Below, in pieces: positions 11,491 to 24,240 of a stretch of DNA of 64,000 nucleotides. The notes under the pieces were generated by a model. The model saw nothing but the letters and a program-made list of their open reading frames with translations. It searched no databases and had not been told where the DNA came from. Within the stretch, counting starts at the first letter, position 1. Each line of letters begins with the position of its first letter. This DNA is from Octopus bimaculoides (Eukaryota): assembly GCF_001194135.2 (NCBI RefSeq), contig NC_068986.1, forward strand, positions 501,389-565,388. The letters are read 5' to 3'. A program made the position numbers and the translations under genes.

Positions 11491-11844
11491 CAGATATGCA
11501 TTCTTAACTAAAGTGACTTCTATAAGTGATAAATGTATTTACAAGTACGGATATTGAGTTAAATCGATAAAAGTCAATAATTTAAATCTTGATTTCTCAA
11601 CGGAGAATTATCTGATATGATTAGCTGTGTAAAGAATTCTTTCATAAAAATAAATGTATAGATATAAATGTATAGATATAAATTTGTTTATCTCGTGATC
11701 TTGTTTAAGGAAGTACTGGTATTCATTTTTAAATTAGCTTCTTTGAAATTTGACAGTAAGTAAATGAGTAGTCTTCGTATATGTATGTAAGTATGTATAT
11801 GTTTACCTTTGTGTATATGTGTGTGTGTGTATGTATGTATATAT

Positions 11845-12527
11845 NNNNNNNNNNNNNNNNNNNNNNNNNNNNNNNNNNNNNNNNNNNNNNNNNNNNNNNN
11901 NNNNNNNNNNNNNNNNNNNNNNNNNNNNNNNNNNNNNNNNNNNNNNNNNNNNNNNNNNNNNNNNNNNNNNNNNNNNNNNNNNNNNNNNNNNNNNNNNNNN
12001 NNNNNNNNNNNNNNNNNNNNNNNNNNNNNNNNNNNNNNNNNNNNNNNNNNNNNNNNNNNNNNNNNNNNNNNNNNNNNNNNNNNNNNNNNNNNNNNNNNNN
12101 NNNNNNNNNNNNNNNNNNNNNNNNNNNNNNNNNNNNNNNNNNNNNNNNNNNNNNNNNNNNNNNNNNNNNNNNNNNNNNNNNNNNNNNNNNNNNNNNNNNN
12201 NNNNNNNNNNNNNNNNNNNNNNNNNNNNNNNNNNNNNNNNNNNNNNNNNNNNNNNNNNNNNNNNNNNNNNNNNNNNNNNNNNNNNNNNNNNNNNNNNNNN
12301 NNNNNNNNNNNNNNNNNNNNNNNNNNNNNNNNNNNNNNNNNNNNNNNNNNNNNNNNNNNNNNNNNNNNNNNNNNNNNNNNNNNNNNNNNNNNNNNNNNNN
12401 NNNNNNNNNNNNNNNNNNNNNNNNNNNNNNNNNNNNNNNNNNNNNNNNNNNNNNNNNNNNNNNNNNNNNNNNNNNNNNNNNNNNNNNNNNNNNNNNNNNN
12501 NNNNNNNNNNNNNNNNNNNNNNNNNNN
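11845..12527. other. Assembly gap (N-run)
   Basis: N-run between TA microsatellites. Confidence 1.
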
Positions 12528-12679
12528 TATATATATATAGACGCAGGCGTGGCTGAGCGTGAGTATGTATGTATGCCTTTTTACACCTTGAATAGAAAAT
12601 AGATATTGTTTGATTAATGATGCGCTGTCAAAGCAAAATATATAAAAATACATACCTAAATATATATATATATATATAT

Positions 12680-12945
12680 AAAGATCGATCCCAATACTTA
12701 CCTTTTAAGCACAGTACTTATTCTATCGGTCTCTAAACAAACCAAAGCCTATTTTCAAACGGTGGTGAGAGACAAACTGAAACACACACATACATACACA
12801 CGCACACATACAGACACTCATACATACATACATACATACATACATACATACGAAGGACGTCTTTCAGGTTCCGTCTGACAATCCACTCACTTTGATCGAC
12901 GCGCGGCTATACTAGGAAACGTTTGCCAAATGTGCCGCATATATG
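12680..12945 (-). mobile_element. SINE family B with internal (CA)/(CATA) microsatellite, degenerate
   Basis: AGTACTTATTCTATCGGTCTC..TTTCAGGTTCCGTCT..TCCACTCAC..GGCTATACTAGGAAACGTTTGCCAAATGTGCCGCA matches other family B copies. Confidence 0.65.
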
Positions 12946-13003
12946 TGTGTGTGTACATATATAAGTTTATACACGTGCATGTATGTATGTATGTGTGTAT
13001 ATA

Positions 13004-13779
13004 CAGAATGTCCCTCCGAAAAATATACACATTTTAACAGCTGATAGCTCAATTTTGATTTTTCTTTAGATTTCACCGATCAGAATTTAATCCTTTCTAC
13101 TATACGCACAGGGCCTGGATTTTTTGTGATAGGGAGTCAGGGAGTAAGGGGACAGTCAATCATATCGGCTTCGGTAGTCGTCCTGTGTCTCGGAAAGGAT
13201 GAATGTCAATGTCCTCGCCCGGCGGCATTTGAACTCAGAATGTAAAGCCGAAAGAAATGTCACCAAGTAGTTTGTCCGGCGCGGTAATGAGTCATTACAA
13301 ATAATGAAGGTACTAGACTGAATTTTGAACAAAGGAAATTTATGCTAAAAGGCTGCTAGAAGTTTGAAACCGCAGTCGAAGCAGAAAGACAGCTTAAGAG
13401 AGAGCTTGAAAGAGGTCCACCGATGGTCCACCGACCATCGCTCGAATTAAAGATAAGTTTGATGCTGATGGGACTGTTCAGAATACTTAGACCTTTTTTT
13501 AAAAGGTGGCACTTAAGAAGATAACTTTTACGATATAAAACCGGCACAAATCAACGAATTGAAAGCAGCCAGTGAACAAGAATGCGTACAAACACTAAGC
13601 AAAATATTTCTTGTTTCCGATTCCATTGCCTCGTATTATCAACAGTACCCGAACCAGAACAGCGTTCATTTAAAACGTAAGGTATGTCTGTAGACTCTAT
13701 CAAATTTTAAAAACGAAATGTTTTAATAAACACTCACTTTATAATCATTCAATATGTTTAGATTTTGGTGGACGCCATG
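13004..13779 (+). mobile_element. Internally deleted rosa-like (DD41D-group) Tc1/mariner with nested SINE
   Basis: TA-CAGAATGTCCC left end and imperfect GGTGGACGCCATG-TA right end; N-term RLNFEQRKFMLK..IARIKDKFDADGTVQN; C-term INELKAA.EQEC..SIASYYQQ. Confidence 0.6.
13110..13295 (-). mobile_element. SINE family A nested in the transposon
   Basis: GGAAAGGATGAATG..GGCGGCATTTGAACTCAGAATGTAAAG..TTTGTCCGGCGCGGTAA. Confidence 0.75.
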
Positions 13780-15024
13780 TATATGTATATATTTGTGTGT
13801 ATGTATTATATATATGAGCGTGTGTGTGTGTGTGTGTGTGTGTGTCTTAAATGCATTGTATCATATAGTTTGAGTAATCAGTATTATATGTCATATATTT
13901 CATACCGTTTGCAAATTCCCTGCATTAAATATTTCTCATATGATGTGTACATTTATATTTTGTTTGTATTTATGCCATATAAAATATTTTATCGTTCATC
14001 TTTCTCATTTGAAGAATTTAAGATTTAATATTCTTCAGCACAAGTAGAGAAAATTGTAGAAGCAAAGAATAAACGATATTTTATTATCAATAAAATGACA
14101 ACTAACTGTTTTATTTATTTTCGCATAAAACGTGTTGTTGGTTGCACCCATTGATTATTTATAATAAAAAAAAAACATTATATAACGTTTACTTGTTCAA
14201 TTATTTTCGAAACATTTAACAAAACTTAATTAAAAATGATGACCATTAATTGATCTGCTGTCGGTAATTGTTATTCGATCCACATTCCAAACATTGATGA
14301 CGTAAGCTCGGTACGAAGGCATTTCAGCAGGACCTTTCATTGTGGATTTCTTGAAAGTGCTGCATGTTTCTGAAAAATTTTTCTACAGTAAGTGAAATAT
14401 GCCGGAGTTTATGCCGATCTTTATGGTATTCAATGGCTCTGTCCCTTCTATTACCATCAATTAAATTCTCCGAGTATATGTCTCTGTAAACTACAAACTC
14501 ATTACAAACGCACTTCTGTAATGAAAGCTTTCAATTAACGATTTATAACTGATGGAGTTAGAAGACAATCTGACATTATCAATTATTTTGCGTTTCCTTT
14601 AAAATTAAAATCTATTATCAGTAGTTCATTCCCGCCATGTTGTATATGTGGACGATAATGGAATTTTAAATCTGAGAGGAATTACTTAAGTCAGTCAGGT
14701 GTTGAGCTAACATCGGATTAATATTGTTAGGACGTAGGAAATATCATTATACGAAAAGAAAACTTTTCCACATATGTTCGCCAACATTTAAATTCAACTA
14801 CACAATCTCTGTTTTCACTCAGCACTTCCAGTCTGAAGTTTTCTAGGTTCTATTTATCTTCGCAGTTTCTTCCAATTTTTTCCCCATATTTCTATTTATT
14901 GGGGAAACTTTGCATGTCATTGGCGAAATAAATTTTTCAATAAATCATTAAATACATTAGGGTGAAATTTTGGTTCTCGTGTGTCAACATTAACAATACT
15001 AGGCGTTGCTGTAACTGCTTTCAT

Positions 15025-15230
15025 AATTACACAAGGCCAGCAATTTTGAGGGAGAGGTAAATCGATTACATCGATCCCTTGTGCTCAACTGACACTTATT
15101 TTATTGATTTCGCAAGGATGAAAGGTAAGGTTGATCTCGGAACTTGAACTCAGAACGTAAAGACAGATGAAATGCCACTCTGAACATTTTGCTCGCTCTG
15201 CTAACGATTCTGCCAGCGAGCAGCCGTTGC
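15025..15230 (-). mobile_element. SINE family A, near full length
   Basis: Reverse complement of core and head: GGATGAAAGGTAAGGTTGATCTCGG..TTGAACTCAGAACGTAAAG..GCTAACGATTCTGCCAGC. Confidence 0.85.
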
Positions 15231-15541
15231 CGCTGCTGTAATTCATAATTAATAGTATATCCTTCAACTATTACACTGTTGTTCTATGAACGCACGTGTG
15301 TGTGCGCGCGCGGGTGTGTACATGTCTGTGGGTGCGTGCATGAGTGTGCACGTATGTGTGTGTGTGTGGTGCGGTGTGTTATTTTCACAAGAAAAAGCTT
15401 CGCAGGGAATTCGAAGTTTCGTCTTAGACACCCGACAAATGCGGCCAAATTGTACGTTGAAGCCATTATCAACCTTTTGTAAAATATTTATAATACTATC
15501 TAAATGTATTGAATGATCAATGTTTGATTTATATATATATG

Positions 15542-15576
<35 letters not shown>

Positions 15577-15899
15577 ACATATTTATACACACACGCGCGC
15601 ACACATTCATACATATATATATATCACATATGTATATATAAATTCACATGTATATATGTCATTGTTCAGTTTTATTTCAAGATTTCTTGCCAATAGAGAA
15701 AGATAATTACAGGTCTAAACCTGAACTTATAATCTGAATAGAGTAACTGCAGAATTCTCAATAGTTCAGCGTAGCTATTCTCTTTTTCACTGATCTTCAG
15801 CTTTATGTTAACGTCCGCTCGGCAGCTAATTTCTACAGTTGTACACAGTTTCTCTTCTCTATGTCAAATCATTATATCTGGTCTGTTGTGCTTTCATTT

Positions 15900-16560
15900 T
15901 ATTGAGGTCTTCACTGGGAAATTCCGCCAGAACTCCTTTTTATTATGAGTGGCTCTGGCTTCCACCATACTGAGGATTCTTATTTCTTTGCCCTCGGGGT
16001 TATCCTTCCGACGGATTTCATTACAGAGTGTCATAGCTACAACATCATGTCTCATCGGTAGATAACACTGTGATGACATTTTCGGACAACTGCTTATGAT
16101 GTGGGTGATATCTTCAGTGTGAACTCCACAAAGTCTGCATCGGTTGTCACATTTTACTGCTTTTCTTGCATCTCTATCCCTTTTCTGCAGCAGGGACCTG
16201 GTTGATATTTCCTATTCCTGGATTGCAAACGCATACCCTTCAAAGTGGGAGATAGTAATCCGGCAATTGGTCCATTATAGACTGCTTTCATGATCAATGT
16301 TACTATCATCTCGAGGCTTTCTACTATCATATCCATGCATAGTCTTCTGCTCATATAGGCTCATCCATTCATCTGATGATACGTTGCGGTAGAGTCGTGC
16401 AACTTCTTTGGGCATGTATTCTAGGTTATCTGACAAAGAGTGTTGCTCAAGGACCTGCCTTCCAAGTCTTATGATGTTATCAATCTCATGTATGCAAACT
16501 TGGTCAAGAGATGGACTTCGACACTTGGCAGTTAAAAGATGTTGCCGAAGGGATATGATA
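15900..16560 (-). mobile_element. R4/Dong-type LINE C-terminal fragment (CCHC zinc knuckle, pre-RLE)
   Basis: Minus: EGYAFAIQE*EISTRSL..CRLCGVHTEDITHIISSCPKMSSQCYLPMRHDVVA..FWRNFPVKTSIK. Confidence 0.75.
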
Positions 16561-16899
16561 CGACATTCAAAGGCATTTTAGATCGATGTTAAGCCTCTGC
16601 TACTTTGTTTTCGTTTTAGGTCGAGGTGGTCTACGTCACTGTTTATGTGGGAATAATGTGTGTTTGTTAGTATTTTTCGGGTTTTGACATCAATGGCTCG
16701 GAACTCATCAAGCGTCCAATCAAGCAGCCAAATGTTGGTATGAGTACTGGCACTGTTAACATATATATATATACATACATATATATATATCCTAATCGAT
16801 TAATTGTAAAGGTGCTTAGCCTAGTGAGTTGATAAGGTAGTGATGCCGATTCCTGGGCTTGGTGTGTTGTTATCTCCCTGAGAAAGATGCAGTATATTG

Positions 16900-17330
16900 T
16901 TACTTCAACATACCAAATGCTGTATCTCTCGCACTCTTTCCCTCCAGTTGTCACATCTGCGATGTTCTTCTGCGTTGCGAGTGAGGGAGAAGAGAGACAG
17001 TCTACGTCTGATCACGATATAAAGGCACCTAAAACAGTTATCAAAAGTATGTAGAATGTCACCAAGCCATACTCGCTTGCGAATGACGGCTATACTTTTA
17101 ATCCAAGAGTTACTTTTAGTTATTGAAGGCAACAGAAACACTCATGATCTGTACACCGCTGAATTTCAGGCTGCTTGCAAAAGCGAATTCTCTTGTCTTT
17201 GCAGACTGTATAGTTATATCTGACAGTAGCATAAAAACAATCGATATTTCAAATGGCAGTTCGGTATATTCTTTTGGCAACGTCTTTAAAACGTAGTCCG
17301 GCTGCTTCCCTTTTTGATCGTCTGCATATT
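16900..17330 (-). mobile_element. Highly decayed RTE-like LINE 3' fragment
   Basis: Minus: RLRFKDVAKR and RKRVWLGDILH resemble the RTE C-terminal motifs GRPxLRFKD and RRLRWLGH. Confidence 0.4.
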
Positions 17331-17868
17331 TATAAGTAATCGATAGACAGACTGTAGTAACGGAAACCGTTCAAATTTGTTTCCCTTACTTGCCGGACCA
17401 GAGAATTATAGATAGACCTAATATTTTTGCCAGTCACTATATTTAACCCGCCTGGAGTTATTTTTGATTTTAACAGCATTCGAAATTATTAAATCTCAGA
17501 ATGATTTGATAATCACCAAATTAATCACTTTATGCTCTTACACCTACAATAAATGGTGTAAGAAGAGAATAACTAAGCTAATTATAATTTTTATTGAAGA
17601 AACTAATGTACAGATTTATCCTCATACTGAGATATACAAAGCTGTTCGAAACCTGTAAAACTGAAGAAACAGAACATGGCCTACTATAGCTTATCTCTGC
17701 CCCAGAGTTAAACAGACGTCTAACTTTAAACTACCGCATCAAATATATCACAATATCAGTTAAAGCAAGCTAAACTTAGATATTTCAAAAAATAGAAGTT
17801 TAATGTTTTGGATTTCAGAACTAAATATCGCTTTACAGAGACGCGCGAATATAAGTATGTATATTCCA

Positions 17869-18098
17869 GAGTGGTCTGAACAGTTCCTAGGCTGACCATG
17901 AAGGAGAGATACTAGAGCTATGAAAACTTGCATACATTAATTTCGACCCCTCTTATTAATAACTACATCGTTTCTTTCCAGGGAAACTGACATATAACTG
18001 TTCAAAGAAGACTTCAAAAACAGCTAGTAGCGATTTCCCTTGAAAATTGAGAAAATTTGGCATCGCGGTGCTATCAAATACCTGCAGAAGGGCTTAAC
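17869..18098 (+). mobile_element. Mariner 5' end, truncated
   Basis: GAGTGGTCTGAACAGTTCCTAGGCTGAC TIR-like start; EKIWHRGAIKYLQK.GL resembles the mariner N-terminus. Confidence 0.6.
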
Positions 18099-18099
18099 C

Positions 18100-20230
18100 T
18101 GAAGTTAGTCATTCAAATTCGTTTTTCGATCATTCAATTTCGCACTTCGGTCAAAGAATTTAGCATTGACATCATTCACATTAAAATGCCCGTCGAGAGC
18201 ATTCGAATTAGTTGGAATGTGAGGAAGCGTCTTTTCGAGCATTCAAGTTCGTTTCCGAGCAATCTATTTAACGCTTCGAGCAATCAAATTAGCACGAGAG
18301 TTGTTTTGGTTTTATCTCATGATCATTTTTATCATAGTCATGTGTTTTCATCCATTGTTTATGCTTTAAGCGCTTTATCGTGCCCATGCCTTTTCTATGT
18401 GTTCTTTTATTTTTGCATAGGTACATGTATTTATTGTTAAAGACATCATGAAATCGCATTCCAGCCTTTTCAATCTTTTTAAAGAAACTCACAATAACAA
18501 CAAATGCTCGTTTTCTTTGATTCTGAATATATTANNNNNNNNNNNNNNNNNNNNNNNNNNNNNNNNNNNNNNNNNNNNNNNNNNNNNNNNNNNNNNNNNN
18601 NNNNNNNNNNNNNNNNNNNNNNNNNNNNNNNNNNNNNNNNNGCTATGTGCACTCAGATAATTATTGATTCACAGTCTTGATAAGGAGTTCATTTGAGAGG
18701 ATTTAACCGTCTATTTCCTGGCGGTCGATGCATCTCGAAAGGTAGGTCTGGGTGTGTCTAAACCAATGAACACAATTTTCTGGAGTGATAGTGTTGATGT
18801 TTCGACTTGCGACCTGTTGTATGACATGTGCACGCCGTTCTTCCATGATCATGCTGGCTTCTTCTGCAGCTGCCCGGTCGCCAACCCTTTGCTGCAACTC
18901 AGCTCGAGCGAGGTCCCGCTTGACAGCCGCCTTAACGGCAGAATGCACCATTTCCGTACAACTAAGAAACGGCGAGTAGAGAGGCAGGAGTTTCAGACTG
19001 ATCGGTGTCAGCGTCAGCCGGGAGCTCGGCACGAACGTCTGGCCACGCGTAGATCAAGTAGACGGATTCATCCGTTGGGAGTATGTCGGCACATGCTCAA
19101 ACTGTTTCCGCCATGAACCCCTCAAGAGTTTCGTGTAACGGTATCGTTCACAACGGAGTGGTGAACCAGGACGATTTCTCCCAACACTGCAAAAGTGGCG
19201 TTGCAGTTTTTCCCACGCTGACGGTTGACAACTCGGTGAACAGGAACGCCTCGAGGGCCTCGTCCAAAAGACTGCCTGATCCAAATGTACCCACATCCAT
19301 CAATGAATACACAATGGCTGACGACTCCCACTTCCATGAACTAATGAGCATACTCATAGCACTTTTCCAGAGCTCTTGAGGCATTTATTGCATCTGCGAC
19401 GTCTTCGGCCAACTTCATAGTTATCAACATCCCATCTAGAGCGCATGAGATTTCAGACACGGAAACAGGCGGCTTTTCGGTCAATGCTGTCTCTAAGTCA
19501 GCATTGACCGAAAGTCCCTCTTCATCTGTTGAAGAGTTGCGAGTAGGTTATCATTAATAATCACCTGGAGCTTGGCTCGCATTTCCTCTTCGACCTTAAC
19601 GTGGTGAGCACCTTCTCTGGGCAACTTGTGGCGCCTCCCAGACCGTAGGTGGGTCGCAACTATGGATCGGTTAGTAATCCTTTTAATGCTAAGTGTGTCT
19701 GCCAGTTTCAGGTAATCGGTTTGATGCCCCTCGAAGGCGTCAACCAGCCTTACCGTATCTTCGTCCGATAGACGCATGTACCTTACACGTGGTTCCATGA
19801 TTAAAAGTTGGTGTAAGAGAAAGGGATATAGAGTGATGCTGATACCTACCGATTACGAATGTTGCGTGAAAAAGACTTTCGTGGACAGAAGAATCACGAA
19901 ATCTATTTCTCCCTCGTAGCTAATAACAACATAATAAAAATTGCATGACAAAGCATTGCATTTAAGTTTGTCACTTCTTAGAATGTGATTAAAAACACAC
20001 ATGTAAAATTAGAGCTAAATTGAATAAACTTATTCCGGACTTGAATGCTCAAGTGCGAATTTGAATACTCGAAAAGACCCTTCCTCGCATTCCGACTAAT
20101 TTGAATGCTCTCGACGAGCATTTTAATTTGAATAATGTGCGAAATTGAATGATCGAAAAATGAATTTGAATGACGAACTTCATTTTTTTCGTAACTTTGA
20201 ATGACCCGATTGTCAAATTGAATGACAAAC
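18100..20230 (-). mobile_element. IS630/Tc1-like DDE DNA transposon with long modular TIRs; transposase pseudogene at 18703-19798
   Basis: TIR arms 18100-18270 and 20040-20182 are reverse complements rich in CATTCAAATT; transposase motifs VFID(G)CGY.WIRQSFGR, YLIY..P, LLPLYSPFLSCTE, broken by frameshifts. Confidence 0.85.
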
Positions 20231-20311
20231 GTACGAAGATGACAGCAAAAACCTATATTATATATATATCATATATATATATATATATATGTATATATAA
20301 TACACACACAC

Positions 20312-20319
<8 letters not shown>

Positions 20320-20362
<43 letters not shown>
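20320..20362. repeat. (GT)n microsatellite
   Basis: Seen directly. Confidence 0.95.
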
Positions 20363-20363
<1 letters not shown>

Positions 20364-21402
20364 AGAGAGTTAATATGAAATCTCTAATAGAGCTTTGCAC
20401 GATGTAATCTTTATACAAATGTAATGTCTACATATACGTGTGTTTACACACGCACGTGTTCACAAACACACACACACACACACATACATATGCATGTATG
20501 TCTATATGTATGTGCGTATATATGTGTATTTTTTGTAAAATCGACATCAGAGAAGAATGGTGGAAAGAAAATTAGTAGGAATTGTGTTTAGTGTTGAAGA
20601 GGACATCATGAGATGTGTAGTGAATGATTGAAGGTGGTGAAATATGTCAACATAACAATTTACCTACAAACATCGATGTATAGGTAATGAAACATTGATT
20701 AATTGGTAAATCAATACTGTTCCAATAGAAGCGAGAAACATTATAGAAAACATCAAATGGAAGGTGTGTTTAACGAATCCTTCTAAGCACCGACATTGGT
20801 AGTGTGGTTTGTCTATGAGGCCTTTCAGACTATAATTACATATAGAAATCTGAGGAATGCATTTACGGTTATTTAAACTGGTCTTCGACATCATCCGTGA
20901 GCTAGTTAGATTTGTATTGATTACAACTCATTTAACAAAGCTTTCTAATTTACAATGCTGTTTAAATGTTTGGCCAATGGGGAATCAATAGGCTATAATG
21001 AATTAACTGGAGATCATTTAACGTATGGAAAGACATGAGGAAAGGAAAAAAAAACCTTTCATTTAATCGTTTGCCGTTCACAAAGTAGGTACGAACGTTA
21101 CTTGTTTGGTGGTTCCGTTGAATTCATCCATCTGTTTGTTTTTGAACAAATACGAAGAAGAAACTATATACGGACTGAAATGTTAGTCGAACTATCGAAT
21201 TAGATACCATCACACTAATTAAAGTTTAAAACCAAATTTATTTTGAGAAACAATAAAAAAAAAAGCATTTGTTTATTGTTTCTCAAAATAAAATTAGGTC
21301 ACATCCAAAAAGAAAACAGAAATCCTGAGATAGTTAAATACAAGACTTTTTTTCTTTCTCGATAACAATTATAGGTAATAGTCAGATATTGCGATAATTG
21401 AT

Positions 21403-21620
21403 TATTCTTTCCATTATAGGCACAAGATCCGAAATTTTGGACGCTGGAGCTAGTCGATTATATCATCTCCAGTATTTAACTGGTACTTATTTCATCACTC
21501 CGAAAGGATGAAAGGAAAAATCGACTTCGGCAGAGTTTGAAATCAGAGCACAAAGAGCCAGAAGAAATTCTGCTAGTCATTTCGTCCCATGCACTAATAA
21601 TTCTACCAGCTCGTCGCCGT
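21403..21620 (-). mobile_element. SINE family A, full length
   Basis: Complete tail-core-head in reverse, ending CTACCAGCTCGTCGCC. Confidence 0.85.
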
Positions 21621-21632
21621 CGTGCACTCATA

Positions 21633-21850
21633 AATAATCCATTCTACTATAGGCACTTGGCCTAAAATTTGATGGGAAGGAGATAGACGAATACATCAAC
21701 CCCAGTGCTCAACTGGTACTAATTTCATCGACCCTGAAAAGATGAAAGGCAAAGTCGACCTCGGCGGAATGTGAACTCAAAACGTAAAGACGACCGAAGA
21801 GTCGCGATGTACTTTGTCCGGCGTGCTAATGATTCTGCCAGCTCGCCACC
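21633..21850 (-). mobile_element. SINE family A, full length (tandem with previous copy)
   Basis: GATGAAAGGCAAAGTCGACCTCGGCGGAATGTGAACTCAAAACGTAAAG..GATTCTGCCAGCTCGCCACC. Confidence 0.9.
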
Positions 21851-22527
21851 TTCTGGTGATGATTAATACTAGATGTAAATTATGCATGTGCATATGAGAG
21901 AACGAGAAACTGGCATGATAGCGTAGTTTAAAGTTGAGCTCTGGTAGGATATTATACGTGAAGCTGATTTGTAAATAGTAAATGTTTGTGACGTCTTTCT
22001 TGGGCGTGTTAAATATGTAGAAGAGATTCTTAAGCTATCTGTTTAGTTCATTGATAATCTCATATTGTGTCTTATATCGTCTGAGAACAACATATACTGA
22101 AATAAATATGCTCCAGGTTAAGTGAATATATAAAATAGGTTAAGTAAAAGAGTGAATTTCCAGTAGGTCTTGGCGGTTAGCATTAGGTCTCTGCTCCTCA
22201 TGAAATTAATGCTCCACAGACACGAAATTTTAACGCCGTTTTTAAGCCGAATATATTAAGATTGGAATTTTGAATTGCAGCGAGAGGGGGAGAAAGATTC
22301 CAAAAGGATGAAAGGCAATGCTAGCATTTTGTACGTAGTCGCTGTGTATCATAAAACGAAAGTAAGTATTAGAAGACAAAGCTTTAGATAAAATGAAAGC
22401 AATTGTATATCCCATGCAGAGAAAGAGAGTGTGTGTGAGAGAGAGAGAGAGGGGGGGCAGCATGCTGAAAGATAATACTTATCCAGAGAGAGTGATAAAG
22501 TGATAAATATATAGAGAGAATGGAATG

Positions 22528-22529
<2 letters not shown>

Positions 22530-22575
<46 letters not shown>
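22530..22575. repeat. (GA)n microsatellite
   Basis: Seen directly. Confidence 0.95.
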
Positions 22576-22576
<1 letters not shown>

Positions 22577-22867
22577 GATAGAGAGGCTGATGGTGGCAGA
22601 TAGAGTAGAAGTTATATCGATCTAAAAGTTGAATTATTTCTCGTAGCTAATTATATATATTTTTTTTTTACGGACAACCTTCTCTATGGGACGCAGATTT
22701 CAAAAATCAAATTTGTTTTTCTCGAGGATGAACCGTTTCAGTGCCTTTCGTGGCTCAACATACACATGTAACAGCATACACTCTTATTTATATGTAATAT
22801 AGATATACACACACACATACTTATTGCATATAGTACAAACTTACATATATATGTGTGTGTATATAAA

Positions 22868-22903
<36 letters not shown>

Positions 22904-23899
22904 GTATACATATATATATATATATGACTAGGTTTGTGTGTATATATGTAATGGATTTCATATATGCGATTTCATGTGCATGCGTGAATATGTGTGTAGA
23001 TGTGTGTATCTTAATCATCAGTTGTATTGTAACATATTATTAGCTGCACCAGAACATGTTCTTAAGAACAGCATGATTGCATGCGATCTCACATTCCTTT
23101 CGTCAAAATGGTTAGTATTCTTCTGTTCATCTAAAGAATCAATAGCAAGTAAAAAACTTAGCCAGATATATTCAGAAAATTAGATCGTCCAATAGAGATA
23201 ACCGTTATTTATATTGAATTCTTATCTTCTGACATAATCTACATATTTGTATATATTTCATACATTCAGGGCATGAACTGAAACACTTTTTTTTAACTTA
23301 AGAAGATCAACGATCTTTATCTCTTTCAATCCATTTCACATAATAACTAAAGCTTGATCTTTTCTTTAGCTTCGCCAAGGAAAATATCTTGCAAAGATCA
23401 AAAAGATTGCTTATTTTTCTGTCGATGTTTTCACTGAAAATGTCATTTCCGGTAACACCTATCTATATTGGAAATCTTTATGGCTCATCTCGAAAATAAG
23501 TACAAACTACTGCTTCAGTCAATCTGAAGGTTATAACAGTTGTTAGCGATCAATATCCGCTTGCTGAATATCGTATTGGGTTCTATGTGAATAGCTCAGA
23601 ACGTAACGATTAGAGATACATATTATGTGAGAGAGACATTAGCTTTAGTTGCTACGATATATCTAATGGATAGGATTCTCAAGAAAAAATATCCATAAAA
23701 GAGACATGTATAATGATATATTTGTGTACGTGCGTGCTCACACGTACCAATAAGCTTGTATTTATTTGTGAATTTACAAATACCTAAGTAGTATATGTGT
23801 GTATTGCGTATATAGTATTATATATCTTTTACAGCCAATCTTACCAATCGGTTTCGCACTAGGGGTTCAACGGAATGTTAGGTAACAGTCCACTTATGT

Positions 23900-24030
23900 A
23901 ACCCTGCGCTCATCAGCTCTCCTGTGTGGCCCCTCTGTCCGGTATTCGCCATGATAGATCGCTAGCCACTGAACCTTTTTCTATTTTCTCTCCCTGTTTA
24001 TTTCTGTGTTCCTTTCTGTGACAATGCGCT
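23900..24030 (+). mobile_element. Probable PLE pLTR fragment related to 41490-41710
   Basis: Shares CCTTTCTGT and preceding pyrimidine-rich segment with the 41.5 kb repeat; breaks at the start of the hammerhead core. Confidence 0.35.
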
Positions 24031-24149
24031 TCCTCACATTGCTTGAATTTTCGAATAATACAACTCTGCTGGCTCGCTGGGCACGTCAACATTTCATCTG
24101 AACGGAACGCCAGTCCTCTGCAGCTGAGTGGGCCGGAACAGCACAAAAT

Positions 24150-24240
24150 GAAGATTTAGCTCAAAAACAGAACGCACCGCCAGTCTGATAATTGAATTTA
24201 TGACCATGCGAGTAAACTCTGACCACATGGACCACTCGCC
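24150..24240 (-). mobile_element. tRNA-headed SINE 5' fragment
   Basis: Minus GGCGAGTGGTCCATGTGGTCAGAG A-box-like head. Confidence 0.4.

Noticed and set aside
14293-14330. TTGATGA..GAAG hammerhead-like string
   Set aside because: C3 and A15.1 are mismatched and no helix III or helix I pairing is found.
20775-20802. EGF-like peptide YQCRCLEGF in minus-strand ORF 20664-20894
   Set aside because: The third EGF cysteine and the closing cysteine are missing and no suitable splice sites flank it; compatible with a chance match.
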